DNA of 64,000 nucleotides, from the NCBI RefSeq assembly GCF_006345805.1, contig NC_043000.1:1178001-1242000 (forward strand). The letters run 5' to 3'. Source of the DNA: Octopus sinensis (Eukaryota). The notes under the pieces were generated by a model. It made no database searches. It saw only the letters and a list, made by a program, of their open reading frames with translations, and was not told where the DNA came from. Both the position numbers and the translations under genes were made by a program. Shown here in pieces: positions 12,579 to 25,832 of the stretch. The first letter of the stretch is position 1; every line of letters begins with the position of its first letter.

Positions 12579-13052
12579 TTACCCTCGACTTGAAACTCAC
12601 TTTGTTAACACACCGTGTTTAACGCTCCAATTTCAACATTCTTCTTTGTTGGCACTAGGGGTAATTATAGAGGCCCTTCGTTATTCCATTACCTTACTTC
12701 CACCAATAATATGTGATAGCGGATATTCCAGTAGCTGTTTTGTCCAGCCTGTAGATGGCCTTAAGTACTGCACAAAAGCTAGCATAGAGTTCTTGCAGCC
12801 AAGAGATAATGCGCTGTACCTACAATACGTGTAACTTACACACTTAAGAACCATCCAAAGCAGGAGCTGCAAAAATACTAATACAACTAATAATTCTTTT
12901 TAATTTGGGCACAAATTGGCCATTTTGAGGGGAGGGGTAATTTGAACTCAGATCGTAAACGATAGCCGCAAAGCATTTTGTCTGGCGTGCTAACGATTCT
13001 GCCAGCTCTCGGCCTCTTTTTTTTTTTTTTTTTTTCTATTATTGGCACAAGG

Positions 13053-13740
13053 AAGGCGGCGAGCTGGCAGAATCGTTAGCACGCCGGTCGAAATGCGTAG
13101 CTGTATTTCGTCTGCCGCTAAGTTCTGAGTTCAAATTCCGCCGAGGTCGACTTTGCCTTTCATCCTTTCGGCGTCGATAAATTAAGTACCAGTTACGCAC
13201 TGGGGTCGATATAATCGACTTTATCCGTTTGTCTGTCCTTGTTTGTCCTCTCTGTGTTTAGCCCCTTGTGGGTAGTAAAGAAACAGGTATTTCGTCTGCC
13301 GCTACGTTCTGAGTTCAAATTCCGCCGAGGTCGACTTTGCCTTTCATCCTTTCGGCGTCGATAAATTAAGTACCAGTTACGCACTGGGGTCGATATAATC
13401 GACTTTATCCGTTTGTCTGTCCTTGTTTGTCCTCTCTGTGTTTAGCCCCTTGTGGGTAGTAAAGAAACAGGTATTTCGTCTGCCGCTACGTTCTGAGTTC
13501 AAATTCCGCCGAGGTCGACTTTGCCTTTCATCCTTTCGGGGTCGATAAATTAAGTACCAGTTACGCACTGGGGTCGATATAATCGACTTAATCCGTTTGT
13601 CTGTCCTTGTTTGTCCTCTCTGTGTTTAGCCCCTTGTGGGTAGTAAAAAAAAGAGAAGTAGGTATTTCACCTGCCGTTACGTTCTGAGTTCAAATTCCGC
13701 CGAGGTCGACTTTGCCTTTCATCCTTTCGGGGTCGATTAA
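13053..13740 (+). mobile_element. SINE B: head + ~3.4 tandem 184-bp units
   Basis: Junctions at ~13287, ~13471 and ~13663. Confidence 0.92.
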
Positions 13741-13970
13741 AAAAGTATATATGAAAACCAGGGTTAAAGAAGTCTAAGGCAAATCTTTACCAGGAAATAT
13801 AAAGTCCAGTATTTTAAAGAACACCCAGTTAAATCAATGTTAGCTTCGGTCCAGTATATATAGACAAAATATACAGTGAAATATCCACTATCAAGCTTAA
13901 AAGTGAGCCAATAAAGTAACGGAGATCTGATTTTAGAAACAAAAAATAGATAACTTCAATAAAACAGATG

Positions 13971-14712
13971 ATAGGCGCAGGAGTGGCTGTGTGGTAAGTA
14001 GCTTGCTTACGTACCACATGGTTCCGGGTTCAGTCCCACTGCGTGGCATCTTGGGCAAGTGTCTTCTGCTATAGCCCCGGGCCGACCAATGCCTTGTGAG
14101 TGGATTTGGTAGACGGAAACTGAAAGAAGCCTGCCGTATACACTACCGTCAGAAATTAATTAGCACCCTTGATTTGCTCTTCACTCAAGGTATGTGCTGT
14201 CACCTAGTGGCCATATCTCGAACTATTGCTTTGTTGCGAGTTCACTGTTGCGCAGAACGATGACGTAACTTTGTTTGCAGAGCAGTTTGAGAGTCTACAG
14301 CCGTATGATGTTGACATAGCAGTGCAACAACAACTTGGAGTGCGGATGCAGACAAATCTTCCTTTGTTTAATAGATATAGGTAGCGCCTCGCAAGGACCG
14401 AAATCACACCATACTAAGTTTTCTCATCGCGTAAGACGTTTTGAACAGCTCATAGGTTAATTGATTTAACCTATTTAATGTAGAAATTTGAGAAGTGCTA
14501 ATTAATTTCTGACGCAAGTGTATATGTATATATATATATATGTGTGTGTGTGTTTGTGTGTTTGTCCCCCTAGCATTGCTTGACAACCGATGCTGGTGTG
14601 TTTACGTCCCCGTCACTTAGCGGTTCGGCAAAAAGAGACCGATAGTACTAAAGGCGGTGCTCCAGCATGGCCGCAGTCAAATGACTGAAACAAGTAATAG
14701 AGTAATAGAGTA
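13971..14712 (+). mobile_element. SINE family A interrupted by a MITE
   Basis: Head at 13971-14140 and body/tail at 14521-14712 join seamlessly when the insert is removed. Confidence 0.88.
14141..14520. mobile_element. Tc1/mariner-type MITE (TA TSD)
   Basis: TIRs cactaccgtcagaaattaattagcac / gtgctaattaatttctgacgcaagtg, each flanked by TA. Confidence 0.8.
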
Positions 14713-15174
14713 ATATGAAGCTAAGTATATAAAAGGTAGATTTAATAAAATAGATGAAAGGCCAACTAGTCAAGTTCATAAAACATAGATTTATTACCCA
14801 AGTTTTAATTAGATAAAAAAAAAGTACTAATGAGTACATAAAAAATAGATTTAATTAAATAGATTAAAGAATTATCGATGAAATGTATAAAAGGATGGAT
14901 AAAAATTTTAGCTTTAATTAGATAGACAAAATTATTTTATCTCTTTTATCTTTTATTTTGTACTCGTTTCAGTCGTGGCACACCACAGCGGCCATGCTGG
15001 TGCACCACCTTGATGGGTTTTAGTCGAAAAAAAAAAAATCAATCCCACTGCTTCCCCCCCCCCACAGCAAGCAAAGTTTCGGGGGAACGTAAACAAACCA
15101 ACACCGGTTGTCAAACGGTAGTGAAGGTGACAAGCACAGACACAAAAGCACACACACATGCACTCCCATGTGCA

Positions 15175-15229
<55 letters not shown>

Positions 15230-15335
15230 TGGCAAGCTTTTACCCACCACTTTTCATTCATACAAAACTACATTTCGTGAAAAGTAAAAGGCGTCTTTAT
15301 GATTTGCTCATTCTGTAGGCCCTGCCCACATGTGG

Positions 15336-16762
15336 CAACTTTGCCTTCATCCTTTCGGAGTCGATTAAATAAGTACCAGTTACGCACTGGGGTCGATATA
15401 ATCGACTTAATCCGTTTGTCTGTCCTTGTTTGTCCCCTCTGTGTTTAGCCCCATGTGGGTAGTAAAGAAACAGGTATTTCGTCTGCCGATACGTTCTGAG
15501 TTCAAATTCGCCGAAGGTGACTTTCCTTTCATTCTTTCGGAGTCGATTAATAAGTACCAGTTACGCACTGGGGTCGATATAATCGACTTAATCCGTTTGT
15601 CTGTCCTTGTTTGTTCCCTCTCTGTTTAGCCCCCTGGTGGGTAGTAAAGAAACAGGTATTTTTCTGCCGCTACGTTCTGAGTTCAAATTCCGCCGAGGTT
15701 CGACTTTGCCTTTATCCTTTCGGGTTCGATTAAATAAGTACCAGTTACGCACTGGGGTCGAATAATCGACTTAATCCGTTTGTCTGTCCTTGTTTGTTCC
15801 CTCTCTGTTTTTAGCCCCATGTGGGTGTAAAGAAAAACAGGTATTTCGTCTGCCGCTACGTTCAGAGTTCAAATTCCGCCGAGGTCGACTTTGCCTTTCA
15901 TCCTTTCCTGGGTCGATAAATAAGTACCAGTTACGCACTGGAGTCGATATAATCAACTTAATCCGTTTGTCTGTCCTTGTTTGTTCCCTCTGTGTTTAGC
16001 CCCATGTGGGTAGTAAAGAAACAGATATTTCGTCTGCCGCTACGTTCTGAGTTCAAATTCCGCCGAGGTCTCGACTTTGCCTTTCACCTTTCGGGGTCGA
16101 TTAAATAAGTACAGTTACGCACTGGGGTCGATATAATCAACTTAATCCGTTTGTCTGTCTTGTGTTGTTCCCTCTGTGTTTAGCCCCATGTGGGTAGTAA
16201 AGAAACAGGTATTTCGTCTGCCTGCCGCTACGTTCTGAGTTCAAATTCCGCCGAGGTCGACTTTGCCTTTCATCCTTTCGGGGTCGATTAATAAGGTACC
16301 AGTACGCACTGGGGCGATATAATCAACTTAATCCGTTGTCTGTCCTTTGTTGTTCCCTCTCTGTTTAGCCCCATGTGGGTAGTAAAGAAACAGGTATTTC
16401 GTCTGCCGCTACGTTCTGAGTTCAAATTCCGCCGAGGTCGACTTTGCCTTTCATCCTTTCGGGGTCGATTAATAAGTACCAGTACCATTACACACTGGGG
16501 TCGATTAAATCGACTTAAGCGTTTGTCTATCCTTGTTTGTTCCCTCTGTGTTTAGCCCTTGTGTGTAGTAAAGAAATAGGTATTTCGTCTGCCGCTACGT
16601 TCTGAGTTCAAATTCCGCCGAGGTCGACGTTGCCTTTCATCCTTTCGGCGTCGATTAAATAAGTACCAGTTACGCACTGGGGTCGATATAATCGACTTAA
16701 TCCGTTTGTCTGTCCTTGTTTGTTCCCTCTGTGTTTAGCCCCCTGGGGGTAGCAAAGAAATA
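15336..16762 (+). repeat. Headless tandem array of SINE B body, ~7.7 x 184 bp
   Basis: Unit starts at about 15474, 15655, 15840, 16024, 16208, 16390 and 16579. Confidence 0.93.
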
Positions 16763-17038
16763 AATATACATCATGGCTTCGAGAGCGAACAATAATGTAC
16801 AGAAGAATCATATGACTTTTATCTGTGGATGGAAACTGGAAAACATTAGATTAGAGTCTAATGCCGCAATAGTGAGGAATTGTAAAAGGCATGATATTGA
16901 GAAGTAGTCACAAATAGGCTAAAGAGAAACTCACGGCATTTTCTTTAAAATATAATGCTGATGTATATTTGAAGCCATCATCTGTACCAAGACACATTGA
17001 GATTATTCCATACGCTTAGTCCATATTACTCATATCGT

Positions 17039-17430
17039 GGAGGCGCAATGGCCCAGTGGTTAGGGCAGCGGACTCGCGGTCATAGGATCGCGATTTCGAT
17101 TCCCAGACCGGGCGTTGTGAGTGTTTATTGAGCGAAAACACCTAAAAGCTCCACGAGGCTCCGGCAGGGGATGGTGGTGATCCCTGCTGTACTCTTTCAC
17201 CACAACTTTCTCTCACCCTTTCTTCCTGTTTCTGTTGTACCTGTATTTCAAAGGGCCAGCCTTGTCACTCTCTGTGTCACGCTGAATATCCCCGAGAACT
17301 ACGTTAAGGGTACACGTGTCTGTGGAGTGCTCAGCCACTTACACGTTAATTTCACGAGCAGGCTGTTCCGTTGATCGGATCAACCGGAACCCTCATCGTC
17401 GTAACCGACGGAGTGCTTCCATCCATCCAT
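17039..17430 (+). mobile_element. tRNA-derived SINE, C body + tail T1
   Basis: A box tggcccagtgg, B box gatttcgattcc; near identical to four other copies; ends (tcca)n. Confidence 0.92.
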
Positions 17431-17784
17431 TACTCATATTTTTAAGAAGCAAATGGCTGGTTTATTGGTTTCTCAGGCGTATATATTCCTCCCTGGACGG
17501 GACACCAATTTCGTCGAAGGATTACTGATGTTTACCTCATCAATGGACTGAAGAAACGTGAAATGAAATGTTCTGCTTAAGAACATGACATTACCCGGTC
17601 CAGGAATCGAAACCACAATCTTGCTGTCCTAAGTCCAGCACCCTAACCACTAAGCCATGCGCCTCCACATATATTGGCTTCAAATTTTGGCAGAAGGCCA
17701 GCAGTTTCGGGGAAGAGGTTCAATCGATTACATTGATCTCAATGCTCAACTGGTATTTATTTATCGACCCCGAAAAGATGAAAG

Positions 17785-17874
17785 GCATATGTCTTCTACT
17801 ATAGCCTCGGGCTGACCAAAGCCTTGTGAGTGGATTTAGTAGACGGAAACTGAAAGAAGCATGTCGTATATAAG

Positions 17875-17915
<41 letters not shown>

Positions 17916-18082
17916 TTGTCCCCCTCAACATCGTTTGACAACTGATGCTGGTGTGTTTTCGTCCCTGTATCTTAGCGGTTCGGCAAAAGTGATCGATATA
18001 ATAAGTACTAGGCTTACAAAGAATAAGTCCTGGGGTCGATTTGTTCGAATAAAGGCGGTGCTCCAGCATGGCCGCAGTGGAT
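17785..18082 (+). mobile_element. SINE family A, 5'-truncated
   Basis: Family-A body from gtcttctactatagcc to ccagcatggccgcag. Confidence 0.8.
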
Positions 18083-18593
18083 TTTGAACTCAGTGCCTCC
18101 ACATATTATTACCAGTACGTTCGGATAGTGAAATGAGGGAAGAGAATACTTTCAAAGTTAAGTGTGAGGTGTGAAGACGGAGTGTATGGTGGGTATATTT
18201 GAAACTAAAAAGACATGCTAGTTGTTACTCGGTTTGACAACCACATAAGTGGTTGACAATCACGGTCTTGGACTAATTACGCAATAAACGAGGAATGTAG
18301 TGAACATTTCTAAAAAGAAGCGAATAAATAGAATATATCTAAGGTCATACGATAACAGTGCACGTGTTTGAAATCTCACAAATATGACAGGTTGATAGAT
18401 CTGACGGTTGGTTAGTTAACTGTTTTGCTTTGTGTTTGTGTCTTTTTAAGCGTATTTCATTGAATAAGACACAGTAGAGATGTGTATGCGTGTGTGCATA
18501 AAAAGTATATATGTATAATCGTCCACCACTTACATTTATACATTCATTCATGCTTCTTCCATGCATAGATGCCCGTGTATGCATGTGTTATAT

Positions 18594-18624
<31 letters not shown>

Positions 18625-18625
<1 letters not shown>

Positions 18626-18834
18626 CTTTTACTCTTTTACTTGTTTTACTCACTTAACTGTGGCCATGCTGGAGCAGCGCCTTTTTTAGTCGAGCAAATC
18701 GACCCCAGGACTTATTCTTTGTAAGCCTAGTACTTATTCTATCGGTCTATTTTGCCGAACCGCTAAGTTACGGGGACGTAAACACACCAGCATCGGTTGT
18801 CAAGCGATGTTGGCGGGTACAAACGCAGACACAA

Positions 18835-18890
<56 letters not shown>

Positions 18891-19138
18891 TATAAAGTTA
18901 ATCCAAACAAGAAAACACAGAAAAAAAAGAAAAAACAGCAACGCGAGGACGTGGAACAATTAAAGTATTATTGACGCTATACGACGGGCTTCTTTCAGTT
19001 TCCAAATCCACTCACAAGGATTTGGTCGGCCCGAGGCTATAGTAGAAGAAACTTGCCCAAGGTGCCACGCAGTAGGACTGAACCCCGAACCATGTGGTTT
19101 GTAAGCAAGCTACTTACCACACAACCACTCCTACGCCT
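18625..19138 (-). mobile_element. SINE family A with an inserted ~85-bp foreign fragment (18895-18978)
   Basis: The insert is the reverse complement of 50546-50627, part of the Penelope-like terminal family. Confidence 0.8.
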
Positions 19139-19678
19139 ATATATATTCATATTTATATATACATATAAATATGCATGTATCTGTGAATATCATAAGTGTG
19201 GATGTAAAGTGATACTTGTAGGTGTCTTGTACTTTTATGCAAGTCTGCACACATCTGCGTCTAGGTTTATGCATGTACGAATGGTTGAGATGGAGGAAAG
19301 AGAGAGAGAGATCGTGTGAGTGAGAAAGCGAGTGAGCCTCTTCATAATTGTTTTTGTATGAGAAGGAGTCTGTTTATATAAGTGTGTGTGGTGTGAAATT
19401 AATAATGTATCTTAATGCGTTGAAAAACCTTTTGCAGTAATAAAAGTCAAATGAAATCAATTATTTTAACGGAAACTTTGCAACCGTTTCCTCAAGCTTT
19501 TTCCTTTCAGGCAATCTGATAACATATGAATAATCACTTTTTTTTTCTTTCTCCGCTGTCTCATTTACTTATTAGAGTAGATGAAGGATTATTCGGTGGG
19601 GAAAATATTCAAAGTTCATCTTGTATTATATTGTCCCTTTCATAACCATCAGACGGTCGTCTGTTAGTATTGATCAGT

Positions 19679-20060
19679 GGAGGCGCAATGGCGCAGTGGT
19701 TAGGGCAGCGGACTCGCGGTCATACGGTCGCGGTATCGATTCCCAGACCGGGCGTTGTGAGTGTTTATTGAGCGAAAACACCTAAAAAAGCTCCACGAGG
19801 CTCCGGCAGGGGATGGTGGTGATCCCTGCTGTACTCTTTCACTACAACTTTCTCTCACTCTTACTTCCTGTTTCTGTTGTACCTGTATTTCAAAGGGCCG
19901 GCCTTGTCACTCTCTGTGTCACGCTGAATATCCCCGAGAACTACGTTAAGGGTACACGTGTCTGTGGAGTGCTCAGCCACTTACACGTTAATTTCACGAG
20001 CAGGCTGTTCCGTTGATTCGGATCAACCGGAACCCTCATCGTTGTAACCGACGATGCTTC
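19679..20060 (+). mobile_element. SINE C body + tail T1
   Basis: Near identical to 17039-17430. Confidence 0.92.
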
Positions 20061-20470
20061 TCTAAGTATTGATCAAAGTTGTTATGGTGATTTTCACGAT
20101 GGATTTTGCAGTCAACTACGCCTGTATTTCATGTAATTAACAAATGTTTCGTCAACCTTGATTTTTAGGTTTACTGCACGTAAGCTTGACTAACTGCTAT
20201 TTCATAGATGTGGAGATAAGCAGGACGTGACAGAGCCATTTCCTGTAACAATGATACGTTATATCACCCACAGTCCTCGACTTCAAAGTCGCCCGATTAA
20301 GCTGCAGTTTGGCACGTTTTTAACGGCATACAGAGATCCCCGACCCTAAAGACATTTATTGCCAACAATCTCCGTCAACCCGTTTTTAATTGTCACGATA
20401 GACATTCCACTAACTGCATAGTTCAATAAATAGAAAGGACTTTGAGCAAAACACAGAAGTTAATGTTTTC

Positions 20471-20658
20471 ATGCGTAGGAGTGGCTGTGTGGTAAGTAGC
20501 TTTCTTACGTACCACATGGTTCCGGGTTCAGTTCCACTGCGTGGCACCTTGGGCAAGTGTCTTCTACTAAAACCTCGGGTCGACCAACGCCTTGTGAGTG
20601 GATTTGGTAGACGGAAAGTGAAAGAAGCCTGTCGTATACATGTATGTATATACATATA
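20471..20658 (+). mobile_element. SINE family A 5' half, ending at the Tc1 insertion
   Basis: Family-A head up to the TA-rich centre. Confidence 0.85.
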
Positions 20659-22287
20659 CAGTTGCGGCCAAAATGTTCAGAACGGCATTGTTTTCGTCAG
20701 AAAAGTAAGTATAAGTTTTTATCAAAGTAATTTTATATTCTATAATTTTCACAGACAATAAATACAATATTAATTGCTATTGTCTGAGATTTTGGTGTAA
20801 TTTGAGAGGATAATACAAAAGTTATGGATGATTTAGTGATTTACTGCAAAACCCATGGAAGCCAAAATGATCAGAACGGTTGAAAAAATAACAAAATAAT
20901 CAAAAATGACAGAATACTGGAATTATTTAATATTTAGTGTGAAGCCCTTTAGCTTCAATCACACTCTGACATCTTCGACTGCATGAGGAAATTAAATTTT
21001 CAATTTCTTGCTGGGTGATCTTATTCCATTTTTCTTGAAGGGCATTCCATAATTGCTCAGTTGTTTTAGGATTTCTGGCTTTCGAACGTTCTCCTAGAAT
21101 ATTCCATACATTTTCAATAGGATTGAGATCTGGGCTTTGAGCAGGCCAATCCATAACAATAACCTTTTCAGCCTTGAGGAAGCTCATGACCACCTTAACC
21201 TTGTGACATAGGGCATTGTCCTGCATGAATATGGGTGGTCGCTTAGTTGAATTTCTCAGCAGAGGCAAGACATGATCTTTTACAAGTTGTTTATAAACTC
21301 CTGCATTTACCTTTCCATGTAATCGCACCAAAGGGCCCCACGCCATCTCCAGATATCATCCCCCAAACCATGACACTACCTCCACCGAATTTAACACTAG
21401 TCTTAAGGCATTTGTGCGACAATTTTTCACCTGCTTTTCGACGAACGTACCTTTTCCCATCTGAGCCAAATAACATAAACTTAGATTCATCACTGAAATG
21501 CACCGTTTGCCATTTTTCTTGAGACCACAACACATGTTCGGTTGCAAAGGTAAGACGACACTTTTTATTCTTGGAGCTTGATTAGTGGCTTCACTGCAGG
21601 TGATCTTGCTTGTAGGTCATGTTCAACTTAACGACGAGACACAGGTTTTCGAGATAACGTTTTCTTCAGTACAATGCTCATTTCCCGAGAAACAGCAGCA
21701 GCAGTTTTAAATCTGTCCTTTTTAACCAACTTTACCATAGCACGATCTTCTCTCTTGGTCGTTTTTCTGGGCCTACCTGTAAACTTTCTTGCTTCACACG
21801 AACCAAAATCATCGTAGACCTTAAGAATACCGTGTACAATACTTTTTGACTTGTTAATAATCTTTGCAATAGATCCAATACTTAAATTATCCTTCCTTCG
21901 AAGCTTAATAATCTGCTGACGAATTGGTAACGGAGTAAGTGGCATTATATTAACAAAGTACACTGCAAATATTCTTACTAATGTTTAGTAAACGAACCGT
22001 CACGTAAACAAATTCAAAACATTAGAGATCGCCGGTTAAATATACTAAAACACGGAGTAAAAGCAACCGTTCTGATCATTTTGGCCGCCATGGGTTTTGC
22101 AGTAAATCACTAAATCACCATAACTTTTGTATTATCCTCTCAAATTACACCAAAAATCTCAGGCAATAACAAATAATATCGTATTTATTGTTTGTGAAAA
22201 TTATAGAATATAAAACAACTTTGATAAAAAATTATATCTACTTTTCTGACGAAAACAATGCCGTTCTGAACATTTTGGCCGCCACTT
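20659..22287 (-). mobile_element. Full-length Tc1-family DNA transposon, IR/DR type
   Basis: ~220-bp inverted repeats (20659-~20880 and ~22067-22287), each with an outer gccaaaatgttcagaacgg and an inner gccaaaatgatcagaacgg direct repeat; flanked by TA. Confidence 0.95.
20927..21963 (-). pseudogene. Tc1 transposase (paired-like HTH + DD34E), disrupted
   Basis: HFSDESKF, GGGSVMVWG, MQDNA and WPAQSPDLNPIENVW; 34 residues between the second D and the E; one TAA (~21628) and at least two frameshifts. Confidence 0.95.
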
Positions 22288-22294
22288 TATTTTC

Positions 22295-22460
22295 GCCTTA
22301 CTCCAGTTCACTCAGCTAGTGCCAAACTGTATTGGCCTTGGATAGCACCTGTGGCATGGACAGGGGAGACTCGTAGATTGGGCAGCTGCTGGTTTTCCGG
22401 ACTTGTGCTAAGGAGGGGAACTTTTTAGGTGCAATCCCAGTCATTCATGACCGAAGGGGA
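22295..22460 (+). mobile_element. 3' part of a D-body + T3-tail SINE
   Basis: ctccagttcactcagct...taggtgcaatcccagtcattcatgaccgaagggg, matching the reverse complement of the 146-458 tail. Confidence 0.6.
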
Positions 22461-22496
22461 GAGTTTACCATTTTTAATGTCATATATATGTATTAT

Positions 22497-22880
22497 GGAG
22501 GCGCAATGGTCCAGTGGTTAGGGCAGCGGACTCGCGGTCATAGGATCGCGGTTTCGATTCCCAGACCGGGCGTTGTGAGTGTTTATTGAGCGAAAACACC
22601 TAAAAGCTCCACGAGGCTCCGGCAGGGGATGGTGGTGATCCCTGCTGTACTCTTTCACCACAACTTTCTCTGACTCTTACTTCCTGTTTCTGTTGTACCT
22701 GTATTTCAAAGGGCCGGCCTTGTCACTCTCTGTGTCACGCTGAATATCCCCGAGAACTACGTTAAGGGTACACGTGTCTGTGGAGTGCTCAGCCACTTAC
22801 ACGTTAATTTCACGAGCAGGCTGTTCCGTTGATTCGGATCAACCGGAACCCTCGTCGTCGTAACCGACGGAGTGCTTCCA
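22497..22880 (+). mobile_element. SINE C body + tail T1, with TSD
   Basis: 11-bp TSD atatgtattat at 22486-22496 and 22882-22892. Confidence 0.93.
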
Positions 22881-23038
22881 GATATGTATTATATTCGTAA
22901 TAATTTAATTGTGTATTGTGTACTTTATCGTGTTTTGTTACGTATGAAAACTCGCTTTGCATGAAACTGGTTCATGCAGTAAGAAAAGGTTGGGGACCGC
23001 TGACTTAAACCAATAATCTGAACCATATTGTGATATTG

Positions 23039-23371
23039 TGACCCCCTTCGATCAGACACTGACCATGGGTTTGCACCAAGAGAGTTACCCTCTGAGGCGT
23101 AAGCCTGGGCAAGGTTGTTTTATGGAAGACCAGTAGTCGCCCATGCATACCGGCCTCCTCTCTCCACGTCACCGATGTTGTCCAAGGGAAAGGCAAGGAC
23201 CGATACAGCTTGGCACCTGTGACGTCGCAACTCATTTCTACAGTTGAGTGAACTGGAGCAACGTGAAATAAAGTGTCTTGCTCAAGAACACAACACGCAG
23301 CCCGGTCCGGGATTCGAGCTCACAACCTCACGATCGTAAGCTCGACGCTCTAACCACTGAGCCACGCGCCT
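23039..23371 (-). mobile_element. SINE D body + tail T3
   Basis: Homologous to 146-458. Confidence 0.85.
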
Positions 23372-23589
23372 TTCTAAACCATATATAGGAAACTAAATGC
23401 AGAAGCCTTAATACTTTATAGCATGAAGCTACGTCACTTAACACTAAGTCAACTACGTCCTCCAACAGACGTGACACATATGTGTAATAACGTGTCACGT
23501 TTATGAGTAATTCAATATCAGTTATGTCATAAATGAACAAACATAGAAGCAAATAGAAAAAAACAGAAGTATACAAATGTTGATGAAAA

Positions 23590-23683
23590 TGAGGAAGACA
23601 GACAGGCAGACAGACAGACAGACAGACAGACAGATAGATAAGTTTCTTTATTGGCCACACAGGGCTGCACACAGATGGGACAA

Positions 23684-23725
<42 letters not shown>

Positions 23726-23766
23726 GGATAGATAGATGGATAGATAGATAGATGGACTAGATAGAT

Positions 23767-23855
<89 letters not shown>

Positions 23856-23858
23856 GAT
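23590..23858. repeat. (GACA)n/(GATA)n microsatellite
   Basis: Seen directly. Confidence 0.95.
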
Positions 23859-24087
23859 GAAACAGAGAGAAATGAAGAAAAAGATGAAGAAAGAACAAAC
23901 AAAAAAACATGGCTGCAATAACCACCACTCTCTTATTACTTCGACTCTAACATACCACCGAATCCATCCGGTATACTATATTACCTTCACTGAACCAAGA
24001 ACATTATAACACAACCCTTCTAACACATTTACTATACTACAACTGCTACTCAACGGCAATGACTGTATCCGCACTACTAACAAGAAG

Positions 24088-24088
<1 letters not shown>

Positions 24089-24164
<76 letters not shown>

Positions 24165-24183
24165 TGTGTGTGTGTGTGTGTGT
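24089..24183. repeat. (TG)n microsatellite
   Basis: Seen directly. Confidence 0.95.
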
Positions 24184-24339
24184 ACATACATTAGAATATT
24201 CTTTGACACATTTCAGTCACTGTTTTGTTGGGATTCCGCCTTTGAGTTGTTTGGTGAATTTACAGCGATTCTAGATTTTATGAGCCATCTGCGGTAGGTA
24301 AAAATTAACGGGATGTATTTTTTCAACTCACACCGACTG

Positions 24340-24375
<36 letters not shown>

Positions 24376-24619
24376 CAAGAGACCGATAGAATAAGTACAA
24401 GGCTTAAGAAATAAGTCCTGGTGTCGATTTCTTTTTACTAAAACCTTTCAAGGCGATGCTCCAGCATGGTCGCAGTCAAGTGGCTGAAACAAGTAAAAGT
24501 TTTAATGGTATCGTGAAAAGCCTGGCTGGAGATCCCACCTTCCGAGTTGTTTTACAAGTCTTAAAAGAACTGAAGAACTGCTGCAATAAGTGTGTGTATC
24601 TGAGAGAGGAATATCTATT

Positions 24620-25005
24620 ACTAGCAGTATCGCCCGGCGTTGCTCGGGTTTGTAAGGGAAATAACTATAAAGCATTTTTAGAGAGTTATAGCCAAAAAAT
24701 AGAAAAAAAATGGGAAAAAAATTATGGTAAATTTTTTTTGAGACTTAAAAAGGTCGAGTTGCGTCCCCTAGACCGCCTGTGGTTTGTGTTTCTGATTCTC
24801 GACCCCATGTCGAATTTATCGATTTCTTTCAGAACTGGGGGAACTTTTCAAAATTTTCGCTGCGTTAGTTTTGAATTATGACATTGGGCTATGTGTGTGT
24901 CAAGTTTCATCAGAATCGGTTGAAAGCCGTGGTCAGGGTGAGGGTACAACCTGACAGACACACAGACACACAGACAGACACACTGCCGTTTATATAGAGA
25001 GAGAT
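24620..25005 (+). mobile_element. HINE-like element, subfamily 2
   Basis: Near identical to 4859-5243. Confidence 0.82.
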
Positions 25006-25794
25006 ATAAAATCTGTTCTGTCTGTCTGTCTGTGTCTTCTCGGATCTCGGGTATCCTCCGTGTGATTGCGCTCAGATTTGATGTGTAGATACTGACGTGT
25101 ATAGGACGTGTATAAATCTTGAAAAAAATTCCAAAAATCGATTCCAGGTGAGAATGCGAACGATAAAGCCGTTTTTGTCCTGCTTTTCTTCCGTCAACCT
25201 GTACATAACTGCACCTTCATCTTTTGTTGTCTTTGTACTGCTTAAAGGCACGTTTCTTTCCTGCCAAGTTTACTGTTTAAACCATGTTTGTGTTCTCCCA
25301 GTCAACAGCCTTATCATTACTGGTACTTTAAACTCTTCGGTTGCATATTTGTGTGAATAAAATCGTTTTCCCTTGGAATAGAAAAAAGTCTATCTTTATT
25401 TCTTCAGTTGCTGGTGTCTCAAAATTAGGTTAAATCAGTGTTTCTCAAAGGAGAGGCCAAGTTGTTTTGGGAAAATTTGGTTTAAATGTTTGACAACTCA
25501 GCAACGTCTATTGGACGGGGGCGTTTTGCTCGTGTTGAATAAAGTCATAATTAATACTCCTGTATTTGCTTTTACCCAAAACCAGGAACTTTTTAGCCTC
25601 TCACGTGTATGTGTGTCGTATATGTTTATATATATGCGCGCATATATATATATATATATATATAACGGGAAGCTTTATGAAAATAGACAAAAGACGAAGG
25701 CAGGTTTACGGAAATAAACAAAAGACGAAGGCAGGTGGAATACAAACAAACAATTGTATTAGTATGGCGCTCAGGAAATATAAATGAAACAAGT

Positions 25795-25832
25795 CTTTAA
25801 ACGTTTCGAGCCTACGCTCTTCAACAGAAAGA
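25795..25832 (-). ncRNA. Hammerhead-like motif, variant core (CUGUUGA), in a Penelope-like terminal repeat
   Basis: Minus strand: cttt CTGTTGA a gagc gtag gctc GAAA cgtt t aaag. Confidence 0.4.

Noticed and set aside
12681-12872. Minus-strand 63-aa ORF with tttttgcag acceptor and gtaag donors
   Set aside because: The peptide is unrecognisable and several splice choices conflict; there is not enough support without RNA data.
15336-16762. Hammerhead ribozyme within the 184-bp SINE B unit
   Set aside because: I inspected both strands and found no CUGANGA followed by a stem and GAAA, so the arrays are not classical retrozymes.
17039-17110. tRNA genes at SINE heads
   Set aside because: A and B boxes are present, but the acceptor stem is not closed and each continues into a SINE body; they are tRNA-derived heads.
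20208-20350. Acceptor with gactaac branch point followed by a 46-codon open frame
   Set aside because: It has no convincing donor, ends in a stop and shows no recognisable homology.
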